DNA from: an uncultured Candidatus Binatia bacterium
GTDB lineage: Bacteria > Desulfobacterota > Binatia > UBA9968 > JAJDTQ01
Reading direction: 5' to 3'
Assembly: GCA_965215605.1 (NCBI GenBank)
Contig: OZ244070.1
Span: 1,312,001 to 1,376,000, forward strand
Length of the DNA stretch: 64,000 nt
Shown: positions 46,877 through 56,300 of the stretch, one piece after another
Layout of the letters: every line of letters begins with the position of its first letter
Numbering within the stretch: the first letter of the stretch is position 1
Notes under the pieces: model-generated
What the model saw: only the letters and a program-made list of their open reading frames with translations
The model's database searches: none
What the model was told of the DNA's origin: nothing
Translations under genes and position numbers: made by a program

Positions 46877-48211
46877 TCACGCTTCCCGCACGGCGGCGGC
46901 GCCCTCGCCGGTCTCCAGCCACCAGCGTTCCAGGTCCCGCAGGGACCGTTCGGCCATGAGTTCCTTCTTGCGCCGGCCCCGGACCCTGCCGGGCAGATTC
47001 GGAAACAGGCCGAAGTTGACGTTCATGGGCTGGAAGCCTTCCCGCCCGGTATCGGAGATGTACTGGAGCAGTGATCCCAGGGCGGTGGTGCCGGGCGGCG
47101 TCACCGGCTTCGTCCCGGCCGCCAGCCGGGCGGCGTTGACGCCCGCCAGCAGCCCCGACGCCGCCGACTCGATGTATCCCTCGACGCCGGTGATCTGGCC
47201 GGCGAAGAAGAGCCGCGGCGCCCCGCGCCACTGCAGCGTCGGCAACAGGTGCCGGGGCGCGTTGATGAAGGTGTTCCGGTGCAGGCTGCCGTAGCGCACG
47301 AACACGGCCTTGGCCAGCCCCGGTATCAGCGAGAACACCCGCTTCTGCTCGGGATACGTCATCTTGGTCTGGAAGCCCACGAGGTTGTACAGCGTGCCCT
47401 CGCGGTTTTCCTGCCGCAACTGAACCACCGCGTAGGGTCTCTGGCCGGAAGCCGGATCCACCAGCCCGGTGGGCCTCATGGGGCCGAACGCCAGCGTCTC
47501 CCGTCCGCGCCGGGCCATCTCCTCCACCGGCAGGCATCCCTCGAAGAAACGCTCGAAGCTTCGCACCGGCACCTTCTCCGCCGCCACCACCTCATCCACC
47601 AGCCGGTAGTACTCCTCCCGGGTCAACGGCAGGTTCAGGTAGTCGCCGGGCCGCTCATCGTAACGGGACGCCCGGAACGCCACCGACGAATCCACGGACT
47701 CCGCGGTGAGCACCGGGGAGATGGCGTCGTAGTAGTAGAGATGCTCCGCCCCCAGAAGCTCCCGCAGGCGCTCCGAGAGGGGATCGGCGGTGAGCGGTCC
47801 GGTGGCGATGATGGCCGGCCCCGGCGGCACGGCGTCGAGTTCCCGGCGGATCAGGCGCAGGCCGGGCAGGGAAGACATGCGTTCGGAAACGGCCTCGGCG
47901 AAGCGGATCCGGTCCACTGCCAGGGCGGACCCCGCCGGCACCCGGTGGGCCTCCCCGAGGGTAATGATCAGGGAGCCCATGCGCCGCATCTCTTCCTTCA
48001 GCAGCCCGGCCCCGGTGGTCAACGACTGCGAACGGAACGAGTTGCTGCACACCAGCTCTGCCAGATGGCCAGTGGTATGGGCCGCGGTCCCGGTGACCGG
48101 CCGCATCTCGTACAGGTCCACCGGCACCCCCCGTCTGACGAGTTGCCAAGCGGCCTCGCACCCCGCGAGGCCGCCCCCCACCACATTGACACGCTCCATG
48201 TTGTCGTTCAT
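46877..48211 (-). CDS. trmFO: tRNA (uracil-5-)-methyltransferase TrmFO (Gid)
   Basis: GGGLAGCEAAWQL, AELVCSNS, FFEGCLPVE, GPMRP, FAGQITGVEGY, FQPMNVNFG; ATGA overlap with dprA (alternative start 48199). Confidence 0.96.
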   Translation of the reverse strand: MNDNMERVNVVGGGLAGCEAAWQLVRRGVPVDLYEMRPVTGTAAHTTGHLAELVCSNSFRSQSLTTGAGLLKEEMRRMGSLIITLGEAHRVPAGSALAVDRIRFAEAVSERMSSLPGLRLIRRELDAVPPGPAIIATGPLTADPLSERLRELLGAEHLYYYDAISPVLTAESVDSSVAFRASRYDERPGDYLNLPLTREEYYRLVDEVVAAEKVPVRSFERFFEGCLPVEEMARRGRETLAFGPMRPTGLVDPASGQRPYAVVQLRQENREGTLYNLVGFQTKMTYPEQKRVFSLIPGLAKAVFVRYGSLHRNTFINAPRHLLPTLQWRGAPRLFFAGQITGVEGYIESAASGLLAGVNAARLAAGTKPVTPPGTTALGSLLQYISDTGREGFQPMNVNFGLFPNLPGRVRGRRKKELMAERSLRDLERWWLETGEGAAAVREA

Positions 48212-49374
48212 CCCGAACCCGAAACAGCGCCGCCGGCTACGGCAGAGTTTAGCGCATATCTGTTTCCTGGCAACTGCCGGAGCAGACCCTGCAGCTCCAT
48301 TTCCAAAAGTACCTCGCAGACCCGGTGCGGCGGGAGGCCCGTCCGGTGGATCACCTCGTCCATTTGCAGCGGTCCCGCCTCCAGGTCCCGCAGGATCGCT
48401 CCGGCGGCGCCGCCGAGGGGAGCCGTTCCGAGCGAAGCCCGGTCCGGACCCGCGGGCGGGGCAGGCGCGAATGCCGGCTCCGCCGCCAGTTGCGGCGCGA
48501 TCTCCTCGATGATGTCGCCGAGATCCTCTACCAGCTTGGCGCCCTCGCGGATCAGCCGGTGCGGTCCCCGGCTGCGTCCGGCCCCCGCCGGACCGGGCAC
48601 CGCGAACACCTCCCGGCCCTGCTCCAACGCCAACCGGGCGGTGATCAGCGAACCGCTCCGCTCGGTGGCCTCCACCACCACCACGCCCAGCGAGAGGCCG
48701 CTGATGATACGGTTGCGGGCGGGGAAGTGGTGCGGCAGCGGACGGGTCCCCAAGGGGTGCTCGGAGAGCACGACGCCGTTCTCCTCGATGCGGCGGCAGA
48801 GATCCCGGTGTTCGGGCGGATAGGGTACGTCCACTGCCGATCCGAGCACCGCCACGGTGCACCCGCCGCCGGACAGCGTGGTCTCGTGGGCCTCGCCGTC
48901 GATGCCCCGGGCCATGCCGCTGACCACGGCGATGCCGGCGGCCGCCAACCCCCGGCACAGGAGCCGGGTCATCTCGCGGCCGTACTCGCTCGGCGCCCGG
49001 GTCCCCACCACCCCCACGGCGGCGCGCCCGGCCGCCTCCGGCGACCCCCGGGCGTACAGTACCGGGGGCGGGTCGTGGATGGCGCGCAGGCGCTCCGGGT
49101 ACGACGCGTCGGAGTAGCGCACCAGCCGGACCCCGGCCTCCCGCACCCGGCGCATCTCGTCGGCCAGGCGGTCCCATTCGGAAAAGCCCAACAGCCCGTC
49201 CACCGCGGCGCGGGTCAGGCCGGGGACCTCCCGCAACGCTCCGCGGCCGCTGAAGAACGCGTCCGCGGGGTCCGCAAAGGACTCCGCGATGCGCCGGAAG
49301 CCGACAGACCCGAGCCCCGGCACCCGGCCGAAGGCCAGCCAGGCCAGCTCCCGCCGGCCGACGCCCGGCACCAT
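48208..49374 (-). CDS. dprA: DNA-processing protein DprA
   Basis: YPERLRAIHDPP, VGTR, VSGMARGID, FPARNRIISGLS, VVEA..SGSLITA, GREVFAVPG; start uncertain (49374 or 49398). Confidence 0.94.
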   Translation of the reverse strand: MVPGVGRRELAWLAFGRVPGLGSVGFRRIAESFADPADAFFSGRGALREVPGLTRAAVDGLLGFSEWDRLADEMRRVREAGVRLVRYSDASYPERLRAIHDPPPVLYARGSPEAAGRAAVGVVGTRAPSEYGREMTRLLCRGLAAAGIAVVSGMARGIDGEAHETTLSGGGCTVAVLGSAVDVPYPPEHRDLCRRIEENGVVLSEHPLGTRPLPHHFPARNRIISGLSLGVVVVEATERSGSLITARLALEQGREVFAVPGPAGAGRSRGPHRLIREGAKLVEDLGDIIEEIAPQLAAEPAFAPAPPAGPDRASLGTAPLGGAAGAILRDLEAGPLQMDEVIHRTGLPPHRVCEVLLEMELQGLLRQLPGNRYALNSAVAGGAVSGSG

Positions 49375-49536
49375 AGTGTCCTGTCCCACGTAATTCATTA
49401 CCAATCTGCTTGTCTTTCTTGTCGTCGGCTGCGTTGCTCTTCCTCGCGTGGTAACGGCCACTGCTCGTCATCGCGCCTTGCCGACAACAAGAAATCCTGC
49501 GCATCTTCGTAAAGAACTACGTGGGACAGGACACTA
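49374..49536. mobile_element. MITE-like element, 163 bp, ~28-bp terminal inverted repeats with TA termini
   Basis: Left TAGTGTCCTGTCCCACGTAATTCATTAC vs right (reverse complement) TAGTGTCCTGTCCCACGTAGTTCTTTAC (26/28); internal IR TTTCTTGTCGTCGGC / GCCGACAACAAGAAA; no transposase encoded. Confidence 0.75.
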
Positions 49537-50877
49537 GTGTCCTGTCCGGCCCGCCCGCGGCCGCAGGGTCAGGCGCAACGGCGTGTGCTCGAGCCCCAAC
49601 TCCGCGCGCAGCGCCTTGACGAGGTAACGCCGGTAGCCGTCGCCGACGCCCTCCGGATGGTTGACGAACAGCCTGAACGTCGGCGGCCGCACGTCCGTCT
49701 GGGTGCCGTAGTAGAACTTCACCGGCCGCCCGCGGAACTGCGGCGCGGCGTGGCGCTCGGTGAGCCGGTGCAGCGCGCGGTTGAGCGCCGGGGTCTTGAT
49801 CCAACGGCGCTGGTCGCTGCCCGCCCGGATCACCGTATCCATCAGCTTCGTCATGCCCGACCCCTCCAATGCCGATATAGAAACTATCGGCACATGATCG
49901 GCAAACGGTAGCCGGCGGCGCAAAAAATCCTGGTAGGTCCGGAGGCTCAGTTGGTCCGTATCCAGCAGATCCCACTTGTTGATGCCCAGGACCGTGGCCT
50001 TGCCCCGCTGGAAGGCATAGGACATGACCTGCGCGTCCTGGTCCGTGACCCCCTCGGAACCGTCCAGCAGGTGAATGACCACGTCGCCGGCGTCCACCGA
50101 GCGCAACGCCCGGCTCACGCTGTAGCGTTCCACCGGGTCCACCACCCGGGCCTTGCGCCGGATGCCGGCCGTGTCCGTCAGACGGCAGGGGTTGCCGCGC
50201 CAGGTGAAGGAAGCCTGGAGCGCGTCCCGGGTGGTGCCGGGCTGCGAGTCCACCAGCGAGCGGTCGTAGCCCAACAGCCGGTTCACCAGCGTGGACTTGC
50301 CCACGTTGGGCCGGCCCACCACCGCCAGGGCCAGGGGCTCGGCGGCCTCGGGGGTTGCCTCGCGGTCCCCGGGCAGGGCGTCTACCACCTCCTGCATGAG
50401 GTCTGCGACCCCCAGCCCATGCTCCGCCGAAAGCGGGAACAGCCGTTCCACGCCGAGTTGGTAGAACTCGTAGAGGTCGCTCTCCCGGGGGCCGGTGTCC
50501 AGCTTGTTGACGGCGTAGAACACGGGCTTGGGCGCCCGCCGCAGGAGCTCCGCCGCGGCCGTGTCCAGCGGCGTCGGCCCGGCGCGGCCGTCCAGCAGGA
50601 ACACGATGACGTCGGCCTCGTCCACCGCCGTCAGGGTCTGGTGCAGGATACGTCCCTTGAGTCCCTCGGTTTCGTCCGGCTCCAGCCCGCCGGTGTCCAC
50701 CAGCATGAAGCGGTGGCGGCGCCACGCCGCCGGGTTGTAGTTCCGGTCGCGGGTCACCCCCGGCTGGTCGTCCACGATGGCGCGGCGGGCCCGGCTCAGG
50801 CGGTTGAACAGCGTCGACTTGCCCACGTTGGGCCGGCCCACGATGGCCACCACCGGCATGTTTTCGGGAGTGCTCAT
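49534..50877 (-). CDS. der: Ribosome biogenesis GTPase Der (EngA)
   Basis: Two GRPNVGKS G1 motifs, DTGG/DTAG, NKLD/NKWD, KH-like C-terminus. Confidence 0.98.
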   Translation of the reverse strand: MSTPENMPVVAIVGRPNVGKSTLFNRLSRARRAIVDDQPGVTRDRNYNPAAWRRHRFMLVDTGGLEPDETEGLKGRILHQTLTAVDEADVIVFLLDGRAGPTPLDTAAAELLRRAPKPVFYAVNKLDTGPRESDLYEFYQLGVERLFPLSAEHGLGVADLMQEVVDALPGDREATPEAAEPLALAVVGRPNVGKSTLVNRLLGYDRSLVDSQPGTTRDALQASFTWRGNPCRLTDTAGIRRKARVVDPVERYSVSRALRSVDAGDVVIHLLDGSEGVTDQDAQVMSYAFQRGKATVLGINKWDLLDTDQLSLRTYQDFLRRRLPFADHVPIVSISALEGSGMTKLMDTVIRAGSDQRRWIKTPALNRALHRLTERHAAPQFRGRPVKFYYGTQTDVRPPTFRLFVNHPEGVGDGYRRYLVKALRAELGLEHTPLRLTLRPRAGRTGH

Positions 50878-50895
50878 GTTCGAGGATGCATCGCG

Positions 50896-50966
50896 CCCCT
50901 TGGCTTCGCCTCGCGCGTAATCCCGCTCGTCCCAGGGCGGGGCGTAGCCCCAGCGGAGCGAAGGGG
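50896..50966. repeat. REP-like hairpin element related to 17278-17366
   Basis: CCCCTTGGCTTCGC pairs with GCGGAGCGAAGGGG; contains CCCGCTCGTCCC and GCGTAG...CAGCGGAGCGAAGG as in the rplL-rpoB copies. Confidence 0.5.
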
Positions 50967-50973
50967 AAGGATC

Positions 50974-51912
50974 TTACAGGCCGAAAGCCTCCAGGCTCCG
51001 GGGGTCCCGGCTCCAGCCGGGGGTGGCCTTGACCGCGAGGTCCAGGTAGACGCGGCAGCCGAGCAGGCGCTCCAGGTCCTCCCGCGCCGCGCTGCCGATC
51101 TCCTTCAGCGCCGCGCCGCGTTTGCCGATGAGGATCGGCTTGTGGCTCTCCCGCTCGGTGTGGATGGTGGCGGCGATGACCACCAGGGCGCCGCCGTCCT
51201 TTTCCTCGAAGCTCCGGACCGAGACCGCGGTGCCGTAGGGTATCTCCTGGCGGGTGCGCAGGAACACCTTCTCCCGGACGATCTCGGCCGCGATGAACCG
51301 CTCCGTCTGGTCGGTCAACTCGTCCTCCGGGAAGTAGCGGGGGCCGGACGGCAGCCGCTTCAGCATCCCCTCCACCAGGAGCGCCACGTTCTCGCCCGTC
51401 CGGGCGCTGATGGGCACGATCTCCCGCTCCGGCAACAGCTCCGCCAACCGCGCCATCACCGGCAGCAGGCGTCCCTTGGACACCGCGTCGATCTTGTTGA
51501 GCGCGATCAGGGTCTCGCGCCGGCTTCCGGAAAGGATCCCGGCGATGTCCTCGTCGTCCCCACGAAGTCCGCTGGTGGCGTCCACCACCCACACCACCGC
51601 CTCCACGTCCCCGAGAGCGCGCTTGGCCACGTCCACCATCCGCCGGTTCAAAAGCGACCGGGCGCGGTGGATCCCCGGGGTGTCCAGCAACAGGATCTGC
51701 CCCTCCGGCAGGGTCTTGATGCCCATGATCCGGTTCCGGGTGGTCTGGGGCCGGGGCGAGACGATGGCGATCTTCTCCCCCAGCAACTGGTTCAGCAGCG
51801 TGGACTTGCCCACGTTGGGCCGCCCCAGGATCGAGACGAAGCCCGACCGGAAATCCGCCGGGAGGACGGCTGCCGGTTCCTGCTGCCCGTGTATGGACTC
51901 GGTTTCGGCCAT
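50974..51912 (-). CDS. era: GTPase Era
   Basis: FRSGFVSILGRPNVGKSTL, QTTR, DTPG, NKID, EIVREK, EIPY, IGKRG KH domain. Confidence 0.98.
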   Translation of the reverse strand: MAETESIHGQQEPAAVLPADFRSGFVSILGRPNVGKSTLLNQLLGEKIAIVSPRPQTTRNRIMGIKTLPEGQILLLDTPGIHRARSLLNRRMVDVAKRALGDVEAVVWVVDATSGLRGDDEDIAGILSGSRRETLIALNKIDAVSKGRLLPVMARLAELLPEREIVPISARTGENVALLVEGMLKRLPSGPRYFPEDELTDQTERFIAAEIVREKVFLRTRQEIPYGTAVSVRSFEEKDGGALVVIAATIHTERESHKPILIGKRGAALKEIGSAAREDLERLLGCRVYLDLAVKATPGWSRDPRSLEAFGL

Positions 51913-51918
51913 CGATCC

Positions 51919-51946
51919 ATTATGGCACGGCCGGAGGGCAGGTCAA
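51919..51946 (-). promoter_or_regulatory. Candidate promoter giving a leaderless era mRNA
   Basis: TTGACC-16 nt-(TGC)CATAAT followed by 6 nt and the ATG. Confidence 0.6.
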
Positions 51947-52060
51947 TCGGAGGGCTCAACGAGTGCGGGCCGGCAGGACGACGGCGTTTCCAGACGGCTT
52001 GAACTGCACCATGAGGGGCGGCAAGGGCCATGTACACTGCCGCCGCCCTGGTTCCCTGGT

Positions 52061-52771
52061 TCAGAATCTGAACGTCACGCCCAACTCGACGTTGTGGGCC
52101 AGGTAAGACGCTTCCATGCCATCGAAGTCGGGCTTGGTGGAACCCGTAAACCTGTAGCCGACCCCGAGCTCGAATGTCTCGATGGGGTACTTGACTCCAA
52201 GCATGAACTGGTAACCGAAAGTCTTGTCCGTAGTCCCATCCAGGCTGAAGCCCGGCAAGTGGGGAAATGTGATGTCGGTGACCTTGTGTCGCACCCAACC
52301 GAGGCCGGCGCCTGCATAAGGAAGCACCGGGAGCTTCAGTTCCTGGAAAACGTAGAGCGCATTGACCATCACGGACATGTTGCTCGCCTTGCCTTTCGTC
52401 TTGCTTTTCACCTTGTTCGTCAGTTCGACGGTCTGTTCGGTGCCTTCGGTGTCCGTATAAGTATAGGTGACCGGATCGACCTCGATATACTTGATGTCGA
52501 ACTCTCGGTAGCCGATTTCGAGTTCACTTCTCCATCCGTTCCCAAAGACGTATCCACCTGCCAGGGTGAAGCCGAATGCGGATTTGATGCCGGCCCTGCT
52601 GAGCCTGACGCCGAGCGTATCGTCCCTCTCGTCCGTCAACTTTGAATCCCGCGGCGCAACCAACGCGCCAGTGACAGACGCGTATGGCCCCGCCTGTTCG
52701 GCTCCGAGTGCTCCCGCGGCGGACATCACCCATACGAGCGCTGCCAGCACTGCTGCGATTTCCTTGTGCAT
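52061..52771 (-). CDS. Outer membrane beta-barrel protein (OmpA-TM/opacity-like, 8-stranded type)
   Basis: Signal peptide MHKEIAAVLAALVWVMSAAGALGA, WRSELE, PYAGAGLG, alternating strands, C-terminal Phe (VTFRF). Confidence 0.85.
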   Translation of the reverse strand: MHKEIAAVLAALVWVMSAAGALGAEQAGPYASVTGALVAPRDSKLTDERDDTLGVRLSRAGIKSAFGFTLAGGYVFGNGWRSELEIGYREFDIKYIEVDPVTYTYTDTEGTEQTVELTNKVKSKTKGKASNMSVMVNALYVFQELKLPVLPYAGAGLGWVRHKVTDITFPHLPGFSLDGTTDKTFGYQFMLGVKYPIETFELGVGYRFTGSTKPDFDGMEASYLAHNVELGVTFRF

Positions 52772-52957
52772 GACTCCCTCCTGCGTTGAATGTGCCACGG
52801 CCAAGCAAACCGCCGGGCCGCTGAACGCACTTCAACAGGAGTTGAAGTGTTTCCGCCCATTCGCCAAGGCTCAGTAGCTCCTCAGTACCAGGCACAGGTT
52901 CTGGTATTCCGCGGAAGACCCGACACACGAGCGCCCGGCTGGATGCGTTTCGATAGA

Positions 52958-52986
52958 GGGTTAGGAAGAGTAAGCGGAGATGTCAA
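52958..52986 (-). promoter_or_regulatory. Candidate promoter for the beta-barrel gene
   Basis: TTGACA-17 nt-TAACCC, about 190 nt upstream of the ATG. Confidence 0.45.
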
Positions 52987-53109
52987 GGGCCACACTTCCA
53001 CAGTCCTGCCGGGCGCAGACCGGAATGGGATGGCGTTTCACCCTGGTGCGCACGGCATTGTCACCGGCGTTGACTTTGTGATGGCCCATATTTTGCTCGG
53101 AAGTGAAGG

Positions 53110-53316
53110 ATGCGATGGTACAGGTACGTCGAAGACTCCGAATGGGACGATATAAACAATAGCGGGATGCTGAAAGCCGGGCGCAATAGCTGCGGATCCG
53201 GCAAGTGGTTGGCCGGCAGCGAGGCGGCTGCCTGGCAGTGGGGGCGAGCACTCGACGACGGCCTTGCCGGGACTGCGGCGGCGAGCAGGGTCACCCCGCC
53301 CGCCGCACCTGGATGA
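53110..53316 (+). pseudogene. Possible truncated small-protein/toxin-like gene remnant
   Basis: MRWYRYVEDSEWDDINNSGMLKAGRNSCGSGKWLAGSEAAAWQWG reads protein-like, then runs into the antisense of the VWA gene 3' end. Confidence 0.35.
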
Positions 53317-56300
53317 CGGCGCGCAGGGCCAGGTCCAGGAGGAAGACGCCCAGGGCGGCGGCGGCCAGCGCCCACCAGATGCCACGGGCGGTGCCGGCGG
53401 CGTCGGGGTCGGCGGTGAAGAGGCTCTCCACGTCCTCCGCCAGGGTTTCGTCACGCAACAGCCTGCCGCCGGTCTGTTGGGCCAGCCGTTCCAGCAACAC
53501 GGTGTTGGCGTCCATCTCCCGGTACTCCTTCGAGAACGGCACGATGAAGGGGACGGTGAGGGCCACGGCAGGGGCGCCGGACGGACCCGGCGGCTGCTTC
53601 ACCGTGAGCAGGTTGATGCCCCGGCGCGGGGTGGCGAAGCGCGTCCGGTAACGGCCGGGCGCCACCTGCCGGAAGGTCTCCTCCTGCAGCGTCTCATCGG
53701 CCCGGGTCAGCAGACCCTGCAGCTTCAGGTGGTTCACCGGCCGGCCCGAGGGCGAGAAGAGGTCCACCACCGCGCTCATGACCTCGCCTTCCCGCACGAA
53801 GTCGGTCCGCAGCCGGTGGTCCGAGACGCTCCTCACCGCCAGCCGGGCCATCTGCGCGGCCCACCGGGGAAATTCCGGCCACTGCACCCAATGCCGTCCC
53901 CAGCGGCCGGAGACGTCGGAGGTGAAGGCGTACACCCGGCCCAGGCCGTAACGCCACGACACCAGCAAAGGGTCCTCGCCGGCCCGCAGGTGGGTCTCCG
54001 CTCCGGGCTTCACGTGGGTCAGGACGTAGCCCAGGACCTGCGGCAGCGGCCCCCCGGAAAACCCGCGCATGGGTCCCGCCGGCCCCGCCACGACAGGCGT
54101 CACGGTCTTCTCCACCAGCAGGTCCCGTGAGATCAGCAGCGTCTCGGTGGTGAAGATCTGCGGGATGGTGCGCGGGTCCACAGCGGCGTAGCTCCTGCCG
54201 TTGCCGCTGCCGGCAAGCTGGGTCATCAGGCGCCGGTTGGCGTCGCCGCCGATGGACACGGTGGAGACGCTGATCTTCTCCTGCGCCATGCGGGTCACCT
54301 GTTCCAGCAGGTCCTCCTTCTCGGTGAGCCCGTCGGACAGCACCAGCACGTGCTTGATGGCCGCCTCCTTGGCCGCCAGCGCCCGGCGACCCTCCACCAT
54401 GGCCTTGCGGAGGTCGGTGCCGCCGTCGGAGCTCAGGGCGGCGACGTCCTCGGCGATGCTCTCGCCGCCGCCGGCCGCGCGGAAGGGCACCACCCACTGC
54501 CAATTGGAGTCGAAGGCAAGGATCCCCACCTCGTCGGCGGGGTTCAGCAGCTCGGCCGACGCCATGGTGGCCGCCTTGGCCAGGTCCAGCTTGGTGGTGC
54601 CGAAGGGGCCGCCGCCCATGCTCCCGGACTTGTCCACCACGAAGAGCAGCGCCACGTGGGGCAACTCCATGCGCGCCGGCGGGCGCATCTCCAGCGGCAG
54701 CGTCTGCTCCAGCGGCGTCCGGTAGTAGCCGCCGGCGCCGTAGCTCCGGGTGCCGCCCAGCACGATGAGGCCGCCCCCGAGGTCGCGCACGAACCGCTCG
54801 ATGCGCTCCATCTTCACCTGCGAGAGCTGGTAGGCGGGCACGTTGTCCAGGATCAGCAAGTCGAAGCCCGAAAGCTCCGGCAGCGTCAGGTTGGCCCGCG
54901 CCGGGGTCTTCTCCGCCACCTCGTACCCCTGCACCCGCAGCGCCTCGGCCATGAACCGCCGGGCGGCATCGGCGCCGTGAAGGTAGAGGACCCGGGAGGG
55001 TCCCTTGACGCTCACGATGCCCTGCAGCAGGTTGTTCTCCGCCAGCACGTCCGCGTCCGCGTCCACCATCAACTCATAGGTATGGGTGCCGCGCCGCTCC
55101 ACGCTTTCGGTGAAGCTCAGCCAGTTGGCGCCGGGGGCCAGCTCCCGGCGCAGGGAACGGATGACGCGCCCGTCCCGCAGCAGCGTCACGCCCGCCGAGG
55201 ACGCCCGGGTGCTGGTGAGGGCGGCCTTGATCTCGAAGGTCTCGCCGCTGTCCACCACCGAGGGCACGGTGAGCTCCGACAGGTAGACCTCGTTCTTCCC
55301 CTCGGCGAGGCTCACGGAATACGGCCACACCGCCACCCCGTGGGACCGCAGCATGGGCAGCACCCGCTCCACCGAGCCCCGGTTCTCGTTGGCGTCGGAT
55401 ATGAGCAGTATCCGGCTTTCCCGTCCCTCGCTGAGCTCGCCCAGGGCGCCCTGAAGCGCCGCTCCAAGGTCCGTGGCGTCCCGCTCCGGCGGCGGCGGCA
55501 ACTCGCTCAACGGCGGCTCATGGGTGGGCAGGAACTCCCACTGCGGGCGGCGCGCGAAGGAGAACAGCCCCAGCCGCACCCGGGCGCCCACCAGCTCCCG
55601 GGCCCGCTCCAGCACTTCCGCGGCCCGGACCCGCGCTTCCTCACCGGCGCTGTGGGAAAGGTCCACGGCCATCACCACGTCGAGCTCGGGGTCCTGGGCG
55701 AGGATCCGCGGGTTCGCCAGCGCCAACAGCAGCACCGCCGCCGCCGGCACCCGCAGCCACAGGGGAAGGAGCGACCGGCGGGCGCGGCAGACCAGGATAC
55801 TCTCCGCCAGCAGCAGCGCCAGCGCCACCGCCAGCAGCACCGGCCAGAGGTCGAGACGCGCGCCCGGACCGCTCTGCTCCGCCGCCGTGGCCGAGCCCCC
55901 CGGAGCCGCATGGTACGAGGGACGGATGCGGGACTCCTCCTCGCTGAACAGGTTCACCGCGAACTCGCCCTCGCCGCGCTTTCCCCGGAACCGGTAGAAA
56001 CCCACCTCCGAGGTGCCGGCGTAGGTTCCCTTGCGCTCCCGGATCCGCACCGGGCTGCTGTCGCCGGCGGGGCTCACGAATATCAGCCGCTCCTCGTCCA
56101 CTCCCACGTCCGCCACGAACGGCAGGCCCGCCGTCACCTGGCTGGCGGGGAACTCCCGCGCCGCGGGCCGGAACCACGAAAAGGCGTTGCGCACCAGCAG
56201 CGGGAACGACACCCGGAAGGGCAGGTCCGACTGGGCGAGGTCGAAGGCGAACACCAGCGCCTTGAGATCCCCGGACTCCACCGCGTGGATCAACGGCCCG

